This document shows positions 12,624 to 25,527 of a stretch of DNA of 64,000 nucleotides, piece by piece; the first letter of the stretch is position 1, and each line of letters begins with the position of its first letter. The translations under genes were made by a program, and so were the position numbers. A model generated the notes under the pieces. It was not told the origin of the DNA, did not search any database, and saw only the letters and a list, made by a program, of their open reading frames with translations. Origin of the DNA: Malacoraja senta (lineage: Eukaryota); assembly GCA_038087875.1 (NCBI GenBank), contig CM075994.1, forward strand, positions 620,001-684,000, read 5' to 3'.

Positions 12624-13366
12624 AACATAGAAACATAGAAAATAGGTGCAGGAGTAGGCCATTCGGCCCTTCGAGCCTGCACCGCCATTTGATATGATCC
12701 AATTCAGTATCCCATCCCTGCCTTCTCTCCATAACCCCTGATCCCTTTAGCCTCAAGGGCCACATCTAACTCCCTCTTAAATATAGCCAATGAACTGGCC
12801 TCAACTACCTTCTGTGGCAGAGAGTTCCACAGATTCACCGCTCTCTGTGTAAAAAATGATTTCCTCATCTCGGTCCTAAAAGTCTTCCCTCTTATCCTTA
12901 AACTGTGACCCCTAGTTCTGGACTTCCCCAACATCGGGAATAATCTTCCTGCATCTAGCCTGGCCAACCCCTTAAGAATTTTGTAAGTTTCTATAAGATC
13001 CCCCCCTCAGTCTTCTGAATTCCAACGTGTACAAGCCGAGTCTATCCAGTCTTTCCTTATATGAAAGTCCTGCCATCCCAGGAATCAATCTGGTGAAACT
13101 TTCTCTGTACTCCCTCTATGGCAAGAATGTCTTTCCTCAGATTAGGAGACCAAAACTGTACGCAATACTCCAGGTGTGGTCTCACCAAGGCCCTGTACAA
13201 CTGCAGTAGAACCTCCCTGCTCCTATACTCAAATCCTTTTGCTATGAATGCTAACATACCATTTGCTTTCTTCACTGCCTGCTGCACCTGCATTCCTACT
13301 TTCAATGACTGGTGTACCATGACACCCAGGTCTCGTTGCATCTCCCCTTTTCCTAATCGGCCACCA
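12624..13366 (-). mobile_element. CR1 (HER1-like) 3' fragment inserted in a V-SINE (~12460-13480)
   Basis: LYRALVRPHLEYCVQFWSP and FFTQRAVNLWNSLP motifs, (CATAGAAA)n tail; SINE halves on both sides. Confidence 0.9.
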
Positions 13367-14149
13367 GGTCACGAGGAAATCGTACAAACCCCGTACATAT
13401 TGCGGCCATAGTCAGGTTTAAACCCGGTCCTCTAGCCCTGCAAGGCAGCAACACTACTGCTGCACCACTGAGCCACCCACGGTTGCTCACTAACGTTGCC
13501 AATGAACGAACGGCTGAGATAATTAAAACACATTGAGAAGAGATACAGCAGTCATGTTCCCTTCTCATCGGCTTGCCTTTCACCAACTGGTGAAAGCTGG
13601 TTGACACCAACATGCCTCCTGCCTTCAACTACCCTGTATTATTCCAGATAATTGGTTCCCTGCTGCGCCAGTTCCCGTGTAGGATGTTACCAGGTGTGGA
13701 GACGCGCCGGAAATTGAATTATTAAGCTGCTGTATCTGTTGTTCCTGACCAGGCGCCGAGGCACAAGCAATCAGTGCTGTTTGCCTGGAAAGGGGTCACG
13801 TGCATAAATGAAGGTGGGAATATCAGAAAAGGTGGGAAAAGAAACGCATCTCTACACATTTGCCAATCGTTCACCCCCAACCCATATTCCTGTATCTCAT
13901 TTGCCAGCCTTTTTCCCATCCCCGATTATCTTTCAGCCTGTTTACCGAGTCCTGCCTGATATCCCTCATTTAAGCTACCATGATCCAAATTGATCCTTCC
14001 TCTGCAACCGCGCTGAAAATGAATAATCAATTTGTTATGCCAAATCTTCAAGTATTGGCAGCAGAAACACATCAAATCGATACTCATATAATGTGGCTCT
14101 AAGATAATAAAATATTGGCATTCAACAACCCCCCGTTACCACGGTATCT

Positions 14150-14950
14150 CCTGTAATGATGCTGGAGCTCTTACAGTGCTGGAGATGAGGGTGGACGGCG
14201 CTGGAGAGGGGAGTATATAGATGGTGATAAATCAAGATGAGCTCGTCAGAACCAGAACGTCCCTGAATGGCCAACAGAACAGCCCAACAAACATATCTGC
14301 ATTTTGTAACAACAAACTAGAAGAGAGATCCATCACAGCACCTTGCATGAACATCTGCAAAAATAAAATGCCAGGCAGCATTTCCACAAATAATGGAAAC
14401 AACCCCATGAAGCCCAATACGTTCCCATCAACGGGCAGTTTCCCCACAGAACCACATCACGTGGGGAATCTAGTAGGTGCAAATTAGTCTCTGTATATCT
14501 TACAATATAATGGTACAGCATTTGAAAAGTATACTAGATGTATAAAGTGCAGTGCAAGTCCATGTGTAGACAAGTTGTCTATACTCCATCCCCAATTTTC
14601 CTGTGTGTTGTAGATTGGCAGATCGGGGTGGCAAGGTTCTGGTGAAACACGAACATGAGGGACCAATGGTGAAATAACCAGCTGGTATCTGTTATCGTTC
14701 AAGGCGTGAGGAACCGAGAGAGAACCCAACAGGTTTTGGCGGGTGTTCGCGAGGGCACCAGGGGCAATAGCGTCAATCCATATTCCATTCTAAATGGACA
14801 TACCAAGGGCCTGATTTATAGGTGCCGACCGAGAGCTGATGGATTCACAGTGAAATTGTTGAGAAGGGCTTTATTCACCAACGTTAACAATTTTTATGCT
14901 TATGAGCACGATTGTCAAACATTAATGTTCATGGGTGGCAACATTTCATA
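14150..14950 (-). mobile_element. Possible very old Tx1/L1-type 3' remnant
   Basis: Only broken motifs (VVL.GKLPV, FPLFVE, FVGLF...AI) resembling the zf-RVT C-terminal region; many frameshifts. Confidence 0.25.
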
Positions 14951-15089
14951 AACAAAATAGTTCACAAGTGTCTCCATGATAATAGACGACAATGATGACA
15001 CTGTACCTAAGTACAGTGAAGTCATTTGGGTTTTCCTATAGAGTACAGCGAAGAGTCGCCACGACGACGCCGACAAAGTTACAAAACGT

Positions 15090-15540
15090 ATTGTGTTGGA
15101 AGGAACTGCAAATGCTGGTTTAAACCGAAGATAGACAAAAATGTTAGAGTTACTGAGCGGGACAGGCAGCTTCTCTGGAGAAAAGGAATGGGTGACGTTT
15201 CTGGTCAAAACCGGTCTCCAGCCGAGTCAGGTGAAAGGGAAATTAGCGATATATACAGTGATGTGGAGAGATTAGAAAAATATGCAAACATGTAGTGATA
15301 AAGGAAACAGGCCATTGTTAGCTGTTTGCTAGGTGAGAACGAGAACCTGGAGCGACTTGGGTGGGGAGGGATGGAGAGAGGGGGAGTGCAGGAGTTACTT
15401 GAAGATGAAGGAACCAATATTCACACCACTGTGTTGTAAGCCACCACTGCGAAATATGAGAAGCTGTTCCATCAATTTGCGTTGGGCCTCATTCTGACAA
15501 TGGAGTAGACATAGGACAGAAAGGTCATTGTGGGAATGGC
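15090..15540 (-). mobile_element. Penelope-like element 3' part (GIY-YIG C-terminus and terminal repeat)
   Basis: Reverse complement of the KLEEQHLIF.LGSLQP.GMNI coding end and the ...CTCCAGAGATGCTGCCTGTCCCGCTGAGTTACTCCAGC... terminal block seen at 53813-54286. Confidence 0.75.
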
Positions 15541-16859
15541 AAGTACATGAAGTACTCACTCATTCTTCGTCCTTTTTAAAATTTAGTTTTACTCAGTTAC
15601 ATTCATTCCATTTGATATGAATGTACAGTGAAACTGCCTCCATGATAGTGGCATCCAATGTATCAAAAACAATGTCTCTTCAGCCACGTCAAATGAGAGC
15701 TCTTCCATCTCCTTGTCCATGGATAAACTAACCGTTCCACGAAATGTAGACGACTCCAACTTTCAATGTAACTGCTCCCAATAAAATGTCACTCGTCCGC
15801 CACTGATGTTTTGGGGACATATTTATGAATCGACGGTTAAGTCGAATTCTGGTTCAATCTTGGATTTTACACTGAGTGCACGATTTCATTACAAGCCTGC
15901 CTACAAACCCACTGTGAGGCAGCACATCACGCCACGTGTACACAAGTCTTCATGGAGGGTAGGAAGCCATTCGTCGATTGAAAGTTACAACGTGGATACC
16001 TGTCCTGCGGCCCACACTGAGTCCACTGCGGCCCACACTGAGTCCACGCTCACCATAGATAACATTTTTCATGCCTGTTCTATGTTATATCCATCCACTT
16101 CTTACACAGTAGGGGTATTTACAGAGTACAATTGACCTACATCCGCTGATATTTAGGATGAGGATGAAAACCGGAGTATCCGGGGGAATCCACCACGAGC
16201 AGTTGAAGAACGCGTGAACTCCACACAGGCAGCACCCGCAGTCAGAATCGAATGTGGGTCTTTGTGAAGCAGAAAGTCTTCCAGTTGCGCCATTGTACAG
16301 CCCAAACCCACACAAAAGATTTACTTCAAAGTGAATATTCCATTATGATTTTTATCGTTTGCCAATATACTAATTATGCACCCACAACCTCGCTGGCCTA
16401 GATTGTATATTAGTGTAACAAAACAACCCGCCTGGACGGTTGGCGCAGCAATCTCTGGGGGAAAGCAATTAATTACATTCCAGGTCGGGATCCTAGAGCA
16501 GAACTAGTTCTTTGTTCCAATGAATCTGTGCCCCTTGTTTGCCTAGATGGTACACCTGCAACAGTTCATTTCCCTTAAAAAAAACTAGCGTTTGCAATAA
16601 TACGATTATTTGGCTGCTAACCCGTTCAACTACGCATTTTAACTTGGCCCGATAAGCAACAGGTATTGATCTTTTTCTACCTCATTGGAGTTGTCACGAT
16701 TGTGTGAAATACCATTACAGTTTTTATTTGTTGCGAATTGCAAGAAATGACGGACTTTTCTCCACGTTATCAAAGGGAATTTTAATGTAGAAGAATGTAG
16801 GAGTCTAACAGTCTCCCTGGAAGATGCACACTGTATAGAGACTTTCTAACATTCCGGAA

Positions 16860-17415
16860 GATATTTCAGAGGCTTTACATGGCGCTTGTGCGGAAACATT
16901 TGGAATATGGTGGACAGTTGTGGGCCTTAGATTTGATGAAGGGTGCACTGGCTTTGCACCCAGTGATGATTAAGTTAACGTACAAGGGGCTTCTGATTCT
17001 GGGCCTGTACTCACTGGAGATAAGAAGGATGGGTGAGGATCTCATTGAAACCTACCGAATAATCAAAGGCCTAGATAGAGTGGATGTCGAGAGGATGTTT
17101 CTGGTATTTGGAAAGTCTCGGACGAGGGGGCTCAACTTCAGTAAGAAAATTTATATCTGTAACATGGAGATGAGGAGGAATTTATTTAGCAAGATGGTGG
17201 TGTATCTATGCAATTCTTTGTAACAGACGGTGGTGGAGGCCATGTCATTGGGTAATTTGAAAGCGGTGATTGACCGGTTCTTGATTAGTATGGGTGAGAA
17301 GGCCGGAGAATGGGGTTGAGAGGGCAAAATAGATGAGCCATTATCGAATGGCAGAGCAGACTCAATGGGTCTGATGGCCTAATCCTGCACATATGCCCTC
17401 TGGTCTTATGGTCGT
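16860..17415 (+). mobile_element. Old CR1 3' fragment (copied with block B; partner at ~32290-32705, minus strand)
   Basis: ALVRKHLEYGGQLWA and GLYSLEIRRMGEDLIETYRI motifs shared by both copies. Confidence 0.85.
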
Positions 17416-17451
17416 AGATTTAACAACGATGGGCAGAGAGGATTCACATTT

Positions 17452-18085
17452 GTGTTTCAAAGGTTTAAAAGTTATTTTATTGTCACGTGTACCAATTAAG
17501 GTACAGTGAAACTCGATTTACCATACAAGCATACTAAAAGAAGCAACAAGACACAGAACTACATAAAAGTTAACACCACAATCCACCAAAGCGGATCCCC
17601 ACATTCCTCACTGTGGTGGAAAGCAATAAAGTATAATCTTCTTCTATCTTTATTCTCCGGTGGTTGGGGCAGACGAACCATCCGCAGTCGAAGCTACCGT
17701 AGCCAGCGATCGAATCTCCCGCGTCGGGCAACCGTAGCCCCCGCGATCGGGGCGGTCGAAGCTCATGCGGCTTGGAGCTCCCGGTCGATCCCTAAACAGG
17801 GACCGTCAGTTCCACGATTTTAAGTGATGTTGGCTCCCACGGTTGGAGCTCCAGCAGTCGAAACCAAAAGGCGGCCAATTGCTCAATGTTAGGCCGCAGT
17901 GCGACGGGATATGATACGGAAAAAATGCTTCTCCTTCGAGGTAAGAGATTTAAAAAGTTTCCCCCAACCCCCCCCCCCCTCTCCACCTCCTCCAAAATAT
18001 AATAAAGTTAACACATACTAGAGAACAGCAAAGGAAAGGGACAAGGCAGAAGATTGGCGAGGCAGCCATTCCGGCGCCACCCGCT
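17452..18085 (-). mobile_element. Non-autonomous retroposon with GGTGGCGCC...ATGGCTGCC head and GTGACAATAAA(CTTTGAAAC)n tail; partner at 29035-29681 (+)
   Basis: Head resembles a LINE 5' end; internal AGCTTCGACCGCCCCGATCGCG subrepeats; tail shared with the Rex1-type fragments in this window. Confidence 0.55.
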
Positions 18086-18675
18086 GGTTTATTGTCAAAC
18101 CAAATAAACCAGAACGGATGAACTGATGCAGTCAATGTCTCTCATTGTTCAGAAAGGAAGAAAATATCATCAAACCCTTTCCGAAATGAGGAGTGACTGG
18201 GTAGAACGGAGCTGTATTCATCGGTGCAAAATCTATCCATATATCTGTCCAAATGTCGTTTAAATGTTGTTATTATATTAGTGACAGCCATTCTCTCTGG
18301 CAGCTCACCACCCTCTGTGTGACCATGTTGTCCTCACGGTTCATCACATCTATCCCCTCTCACCGTAAACCCCTGCCCTAAATCTTCTCCCTCTCCCATC
18401 AGACAAAAGGTACAGAAGTGTGGAACGCACATCTCCAGATTCAGGGATAGTTTCTTCCCAGTTATCAGGCAGTTGAATCGTCCTTCCAACACCATAGTGC
18501 AGTCCTGAACTACTATCTACCTCATTAATGGCCCTCGGACTATACTTGAACGGACATTGCTGTCTTTACTTTACACTAATCGTTATATCCTGATCATGCA
18601 TCTGTACACTGTAAAAGGCTCGATTGCAATAATGCATTGTCTTTCCGCTGACCGGATAGCACGCAACACAAGGTT

Positions 18676-19865
18676 TTAGAAACATAGAAAATAGGTGCAG
18701 GAGTAGGCCATTCTGCCCTTCGAGCCTGCACCGCCATTCAATATGATCATGGCTGATCATCCAACTCAGTGTCCCGTACCTGCCTTCTCTCCATACCCCC
18801 TGACCCGTTTAGTCACAAGGGCCACATCTAACTCCATCTTAAATATAGCCAATGAACTGGCCTCAACTACCTTCTGTGGCAGAGAGTTCCAGAGATTCAC
18901 CACTCTCTGTGTGAAAAATGTTTTTCTCATCTCGGTCCTAAAGGATTCCCCCTTAATCCTTAAACTGTGCCCCCTTGTCCTGGACTTCCCCAACATCGGG
19001 AACAATCTTCCTGCATCTAGCATGCCCAACCCCTTAAGAATTTTGTAAGTTTCTATAAGATCGCCCCTCAATCTTCTAAATTCTAGCGAGTACAAGCCGA
19101 GTCTATCCAGTCTTTCTTCATATGAAAGTCCTGACATCCCAGGAATCAATCTGGTGAACCTTCTCTGTACTCCCTCTATGGCAAGTATGTCTTTCCTCGG
19201 TTTTGGAGACCAAAACTGTACGCAATACTCCAGGTGTGGTCACACCAATACCCTGTACAACTGCAGTAGAACCTCCCTGCTCCTATACTCAAATCCTTTT
19301 GCTATGAATGCCAACATACCATTCGCTTTCTTCACTGCCTGCTGCACCTGCATGCCTACTTTCAATGACTGGTGTCCCATGACACCCGGGTCTCGTTGCA
19401 TTTCCCCTTTTCCTATTCGGCCACCATTTAGATAATAGTCTACTTTCCTGTTTTTGCCACCAAAGTGGATAACCTCACATTTATCCACATTATACTGCAC
19501 CTGCCGTGCATTTGCCCACTCACCCAACCTATCCAAGTCGCCTTGCAGTCTCCTAGCATCTTCCTCACAGCTAACACTGCCCCCCAGCTTAGTGTCATCC
19601 GCAAACTTGGAGATGTTGCATTCAATTCCCTCGTCCAAATCATTAATATATATTGTAAATAGCTGGGGTCCCAGCACTGAGCCTTGCGGTACCCCACTAG
19701 TCACTGCCTGCCATTCTGAAAAGGACCCGTTTACTCCAACTCTTTGCTTCCTGTCTGCCAGCCAGTTCTCTATCCACATCAATACTGAACTCCCAATACC
19801 GTGTGCTTTAAGTTTGTATACGAATCTCTTATGTGGGACCTTGTCGAAAGCCTTCTGAAAGTCTC
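18676..19865 (-). mobile_element. CR1 (HER1-like) LINE, 5'-truncated, RT to 3' tail
   Basis: SGVPQGSVLGPQLFTIYINDL and SKFADDTKL motifs; absent from the paralogous site near 3845. Confidence 0.93.
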
Positions 19866-21066
19866 TTTACCTCCGTAGACGTGACAATAAACCAAACTGT
19901 AAGTGTAATTTTCTTCATCCCCCTAGTACGGGAAAACATGTACATTCACCTTGCCTATGCCTTTCATGGTGTTATTCAACTTTGTAGGATCTCACCCAGT
20001 CTTCTGCTGCTCAACGAATGATCGGCTAGCCTGCCCGACCTCCCCCTAAAGTGTCGCGAATATTCCTGCACTGATCACAATCATAATCATACTTTATTCG
20101 CCAAGTATGCTTTGCAACATACGAAGAATTTGACTTGCCATACCGTAATACCAAAAAACAACATAATCTTATCTGTGGTGTAAATAATGTCTTCGTGGTG
20201 CTTGGAAAATCTTGACAGATGAGGAATTCCAAATAACTATCATAAGGGGTGGCCTTAGTCATCTGCTTCTTCTGTGTGCGTTGCCTGATACTGTGTTCGT
20301 TTTCCCCAGTTCACCAAAAACTCCAGGATCAAAATAAATAAAGTAAATAAAACACACCAAAGATTCATGTTTTAACAGTTTGAGTCCGAGCCAGCCTCGG
20401 AGCACCTGATCGGAATCCAACTGCTCCAGGTCTTAACACGAAACGTCACCTATTTATTTTGTCCAGATATGCTGCCTGACCCGCTGAGTTACTCCAGCAC
20501 TTTCTGTCTCTCTACGACGTAACCCAGCATCCCACACACCAGAAGCGAACTCTGGTTTGCCAGTATCCAGCAAGGAACACGGCGTTGTGAAGTGGGTGAA
20601 GGTATACAAGTGGAAGAGGGGACGTGTGAGATTGCTTGACTCATTAAACACTGGTACATTAAACTCAGCCTGTAAAAAACACGGCCAAGAACAACAACAA
20701 CTTGTAAGAACCGCTGTGTCTGATGAATGTAATGGGAAATGGTTCCTGAAATCACCATGTTATTTTGACATACCCATTCGATTCCATGTGCGACCAACTC
20801 CACAGCACAAAATAGACAGAAAAAGCTACCTCACTGTTTAAAGTTAGTGGATAGTGTGATAGATGAATGTAAAGTTTCATTACATGAACAACAATTGCAT
20901 CATCTGTTTGTTTAAACTACCATGACTAATGTTAGTCATCGGAGAAACTAATTGATTCACTGGAGATTTAAGTCGGGTTCAAATATAGGATGGGATTCAC
21001 GTTGCTTGATCTGACTGTGGATCTGAGCACCCGCCTCCAGCAGCATCGAGTTTCTGGGAGAGGGAG

Positions 21067-23769
21067 ATGAGTAGACCAATCCTTGTACAAATTAAGGCCG
21101 TTTTCTACCCTGTTCTCGTGGGGTTCGGGGTTCCAGGTGAGTCGCGTTATCGCTTGTCAATGTGACTTCGTCTTTTGAGATTTCACCGGTCTTGTTCATT
21201 CGCGGTCAGTTTGTTTTAACAATGTTTTTTATCTGTCCCTGTAAATATGACTTACTGAGCTGAGGGGAGGGTTAAAATCAAGAGTCAAGAGGGTCAAGAG
21301 TGTTTTATTGTCATATGTCCTGGCTGGGACAATGAAATTCTTACTTGCTGCCGCACAACAGAATATGTGAATATGTAAACATTGTATATAACGGGGGGGG
21401 GGGGGGGGCGTGGGGGGAGGGAAAAGTTCGATAAATAACAAATATAGTAAATAATAATATAGTATTTAGCAGTTCAGAGCTCATAGCTTATTCGTTGTGT
21501 TTAATAGCCTGATGGCTGTGGGGAAGTAGCTGTTCCTGAACCTGGACGTTACAGTCTTCAGGCTCATGTACCCTCTTCCCGATGGCAATGGCGAGATGAG
21601 TGTGTGGCCAGGATGGTGTGGGTCCTTGATGATTTTTGCTGCCTTTTTGAGGCAGCGAATACGATAGATCCCTTCGACGGTGGGGAGGTCAAAGCCGGCA
21701 ATGGACTGGGCAGTGGTCACAACTTTTTGTAGTCTTTTTCGCTCCTGGACGTTCAAGTTGCCGAACTAGGCCACGATACAACCAGTCAGAATGCTCTCTA
21801 CCGTGCACCTGTAGAAGTTTAGGAGAATTCTCTTCGAAATGCCGAATCTCCATAATCTTCTCAGGAAGTAGAGTCGCTGATGTGCCAACTTTATGATTGC
21901 ATCGGTGTGCTGGGTCCAGGAAAGGTTTTCTGATATATGCACGCCCAGGAGAGCCTGTGAAATTACATGCTCCGTTGACCTGTTGAGGCGGTAAGCGAAC
22001 TGTAGTTGGTCGAGGTTCTTGTTGAGGTAGGAGTTGATGTGCATCATAACCAACCTCTCAAAGCACTTCATCACCACAGACGTTAGTGCCACCGGTCGAT
22101 AGTCATTGGGGCACGTCACCTTACATTTCTTGGGCACCGGTATTATTGATGCCCTCTTAAAGCAGGGGAGAACCTCAGACCTCAGACCTCAGACGTGAGA
22201 GGTTGAAAATGTCTGCAAAAACTCCAGTCAGTTGGTCTGCACAGGCCTTGAGAACTCGACCGGGTAAACGACCAGGTCCAGGCGCTTTCCGAGGGTTCAA
22301 CCCCCTGAAGGATCTTCTGACATTGGTCAGAGTAAGAAAACGAGAACGGGGGTTAGAGACCAACTGTATTTAGCTGGTTGTCGCGCTGATATCCTCCCGC
22401 CGTCCGCTGCTCCCACGCTCACTGTGTCTTGCTTTCTAACCAGTAAGGGAATGGGCTACGACGGGAAATGCGCCGCCCTCTCCCAGTCTCCCGCATTTCT
22501 CCTGACAGTCAATGGTAAACAAAATAGAGAACAGTGAGCTGGATATTCTTATCGAGATATCCAAGTCCGTAAACTGATTGTCCAAATCCAACGGGTGTAT
22601 GTTTATTTCTGCCTAATTCTGCTCCCATCACTTACGGCCGTCTGTCTTTATTTATTGTTTGTTGCAATTAAACCCCCCCACTCTGTCCTGGTGGCATTTA
22701 AACTCATCTATGTGGACCAAACTTTCACTCTACTGAATAATAGACCAATTGTACACCAACACTTCACCTCGCTTTCTTCCTCGCCTGTCCCTGCCCCTTG
22801 TTCTGATGACCATGTTTCTCACTTTTCAATTTCTTCCTTGCAGCAAATTTACTGACGGTCGCGATTGTGATCCGGGGAAGGTGCGGACTCTCCAAATGCA
22901 TCAGCCGCTACCTGTTGTCCATGGCACTCGCCGACCTCATGGTCCTGATCGTTAACGTCACTCTCGAACTCATTAAGCCCATGTACTTCCCAGGGTCATT
23001 CCTGGACATCACTCCAGTCTGCAGTCTCATCTTCTACCTGGGCGTGGTTGCCATTGATTGTTCCGTCTGGTTTACTGTTCTATTCACCTTCGATAGGTTT
23101 ATCGCTATTTGTTTCCAGAATTTTTAAGTGAAATATTGTACCGAGAAAATCGCGACTGTAATTATAACGTCAGTGTGCGTGATCAGCCTTTTACTGAACG
23201 TTGGTTTTTACTTTATATTTGAACCGGCAAAAGTAATTGACAATATACCAATGTTCTGTGTTGTAAAATCCACCTTCTACACATCGCCGCTCTGGGCGGC
23301 TTATTACTGGCTGCGGGTAGCATTGACCCCGTTGCTTCCGTTTGTGCTGATCGCGCTGCTCAACGTTCTGACCATCAGACACATCACCCGGGCCAGCAGA
23401 GTCAGGAGGGAACTCCGGGGCAGCGGGAAGGGTGAGAGTCACAGTGACCCCGAGATGGAGAACCGAAGGAAATCCATCGTTTTACTGCTCGCCATCTCGG
23501 GAAGCTTCATCCTGCTGTGGGCGGTGAATGTGGTGCATAAAATCTGCATCAGTATTACCGATGCTGTATTCTTTCAGAAATATGTCACCAACGTCTTCAA
23601 CATCATTAGGATAACGGGATTGATGCTGCAATCTTTGAGCTCCTGCACCAACACGGTGATTTACGCAGTGGCGCAGACCAAGTTCAGAGCTGAGATGGTG
23701 ACTCTAATTAAATCCCCCTATGATTTAATGCATAGTCTAACTAAACTCTGCTTAAATAAATGTATTTGA
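21067..23769 (+). pseudogene. Paralogous GPR139-like gene with a premature stop (exon 1 21067-21136, exon 2 22844-23769)
   Basis: Same exon lengths and splice sites as the first copy. AAA(K) is replaced by TAA at 23125-23127 (codon 118, just after DRF), which splits the ORF track into 22867-23127 and 23128-23769 in one frame. Confidence 0.88.
21281..22321 (-). mobile_element. Rex1/Babar-type LINE fragment in the intron of the GPCR pseudogene, internally deleted
   Basis: [35 protein letters not shown] and RFRNSYFPTAIRLLN motifs; (TCTTGAC)n tail; empty site at ~5020 in copy 1. Confidence 0.9.
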
Positions 23770-23851
23770 ACTCCATCTTCCGTGTACCATTGACACCCCG
23801 GCGTACAACATCTGGCATTGGTGAGCTCAGACGGCCAAGTACCCTGTTTTA

Positions 23852-24195
23852 ACATAAAAACATAGAAAATAGAAAATAGGCGCAGGAGGAGGCCATTTGT
23901 CCCTTCGAGCAAGCACCGCCATTCATTGTGATCATGGCTGATCGTCCCCAATCAATAACCCGTGCCTACCTTCTCCCCATATCCCTTGATTCCACGAGCC
24001 CTTAGAGCTCTATCTAACTCTCTCTTAATTCAATCCAGTGACTTGGCCTCCACTGCCATCTGTGGCAGGGAATTCCACAAATTCACAACTCTCTGGGTGA
24101 AAATGTTTTTCATCACCTCAGTCTTAAATGGCCTCTTCTTTATTCGAAGACTGTGGCCCCTGGTTCTGGACTCGCCCAACATTGGGAACATTTTT
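23852..24195 (-). mobile_element. CR1 3' tail fragment
   Basis: CATAGAAAATAGG...GGCCATT...GCACCGCCATTCA tail and the end of ORF2. Confidence 0.85.
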
Positions 24196-25527
24196 ACTGC
24201 GCAGTTGCCCCTCCATTTCTAGAGTAGAGGTGCCACTCTCTCAATCCACATCAATCGCCAAAACACGGTTGGCGTACCAACGACCACCTCACTCTGCGAA
24301 GCCTTTTTTCAGAACACGCAGTCTTCATGATCTGGGTGTGATAACATAACCACACGATGAGGGCAGCGTGGTTGATGGTGACTCCATCGGCTCTGTGACG
24401 CCTTTCACAAGACACCGTATGGGAGACTTTTCACTGCCTGTTGTACGAATGTATGACTTTATTGTCCTCGTGTATCGTATCCTTTGGCTAGTTCGCACGT
24501 AAAGAGTTTTTTTGACTCTCGCTAATCTTTGACAATGAGGAACCAATACGAATACCTGTTGTCTGGGTGTCTGTTCATCGGATAAATAAACGAGAGGTTG
24601 GATGAACGATGTTATAGAGTGATATAGCGTGGAAACAGTACGTTCTGCCCAACTTGCCCACAACGCCCAACGTAGCCCAGGTACGTTAGTCCCATCAGCC
24701 CGTGTTTGGTCCATATCCCTCCAAACCTGTCCAATCCATGCAGCTGTGTTTCTTAAACATTGGGGTATTCCCAGCCTCAAATACCTCCTCTGGCAGTTGT
24801 TTCCATACACCCACCACTCTTTGCGTGAAAAAGGTTACGCCTTAGATTCCAAATTAAATATTTTCCCCATTACCTATTCTATTGTTGCACCTGTATAGGA
24901 GCTGAAATTGAGGCACGTCATGCGGTTGTATGTAATCATTCCCTCTGACTACAGGCGGGAATTGAACGCGCACCAGCTGCCCAATGCCACACACACAGAG
25001 GGCATTGTTTTCATTTTGCGTTCGTGTGAGAGGTCCCAGGTATTAGCAGCACGGCGGCGCAGCGGTAGAGTTGCTGCCTTGTAGCGCCAGAGACCCCGGT
25101 GCGATCCTGACAGCGGGTGCTGTCTGTACGGGATTATGTACTGTCTCCCCCTGACCGTGATGGAAAATAACTTTCGACAAGTGAACCTGTTTCCTTATTC
25201 AATAAGATTATAGTTGCTTCAATTTTGGCCTCAATAACATTTAAACGTGTCCATTGAGCAACGTGCACATCCCATCTCTGTTCACCTACATCCTGTATTT
25301 CTTCAATGGTTTCGCCCCAGCAACTCCCTGGACTGTGAATGCCAAAGAACTTCAAATCTGTCAGAGAAGATAGTCCCCGTCAACCTGCTCTTAAGCATTA
25401 GTGTTGGTTTATTATTGCCACGTGTAACGGGATACAGTGAATAACTTTGTTTCATGTGCTATTCAGTCAATGCATACCTTTCATGTACACATCAAATCAT
25501 ACACAAGTACAAATAGGAAATGCAAAT

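Larger units (their letters stand above)
15215..18255. repeat. Segmental duplication block B, present inverted at 28855-36120
   Basis: 18120-18255 is the reverse complement of 28855-29030; 16500-17450 of 32235-33100; 15765-16020 of 33190-33445; 15430-15765 of 34222-34566; 15215-15430 of 35892-36118. Confidence 0.88.

Noticed and set aside
23128..23769. Separate 213 aa membrane protein
   Set aside because: Downstream half of the nonsense-interrupted GPCR; it starts at GTG right after the stop.
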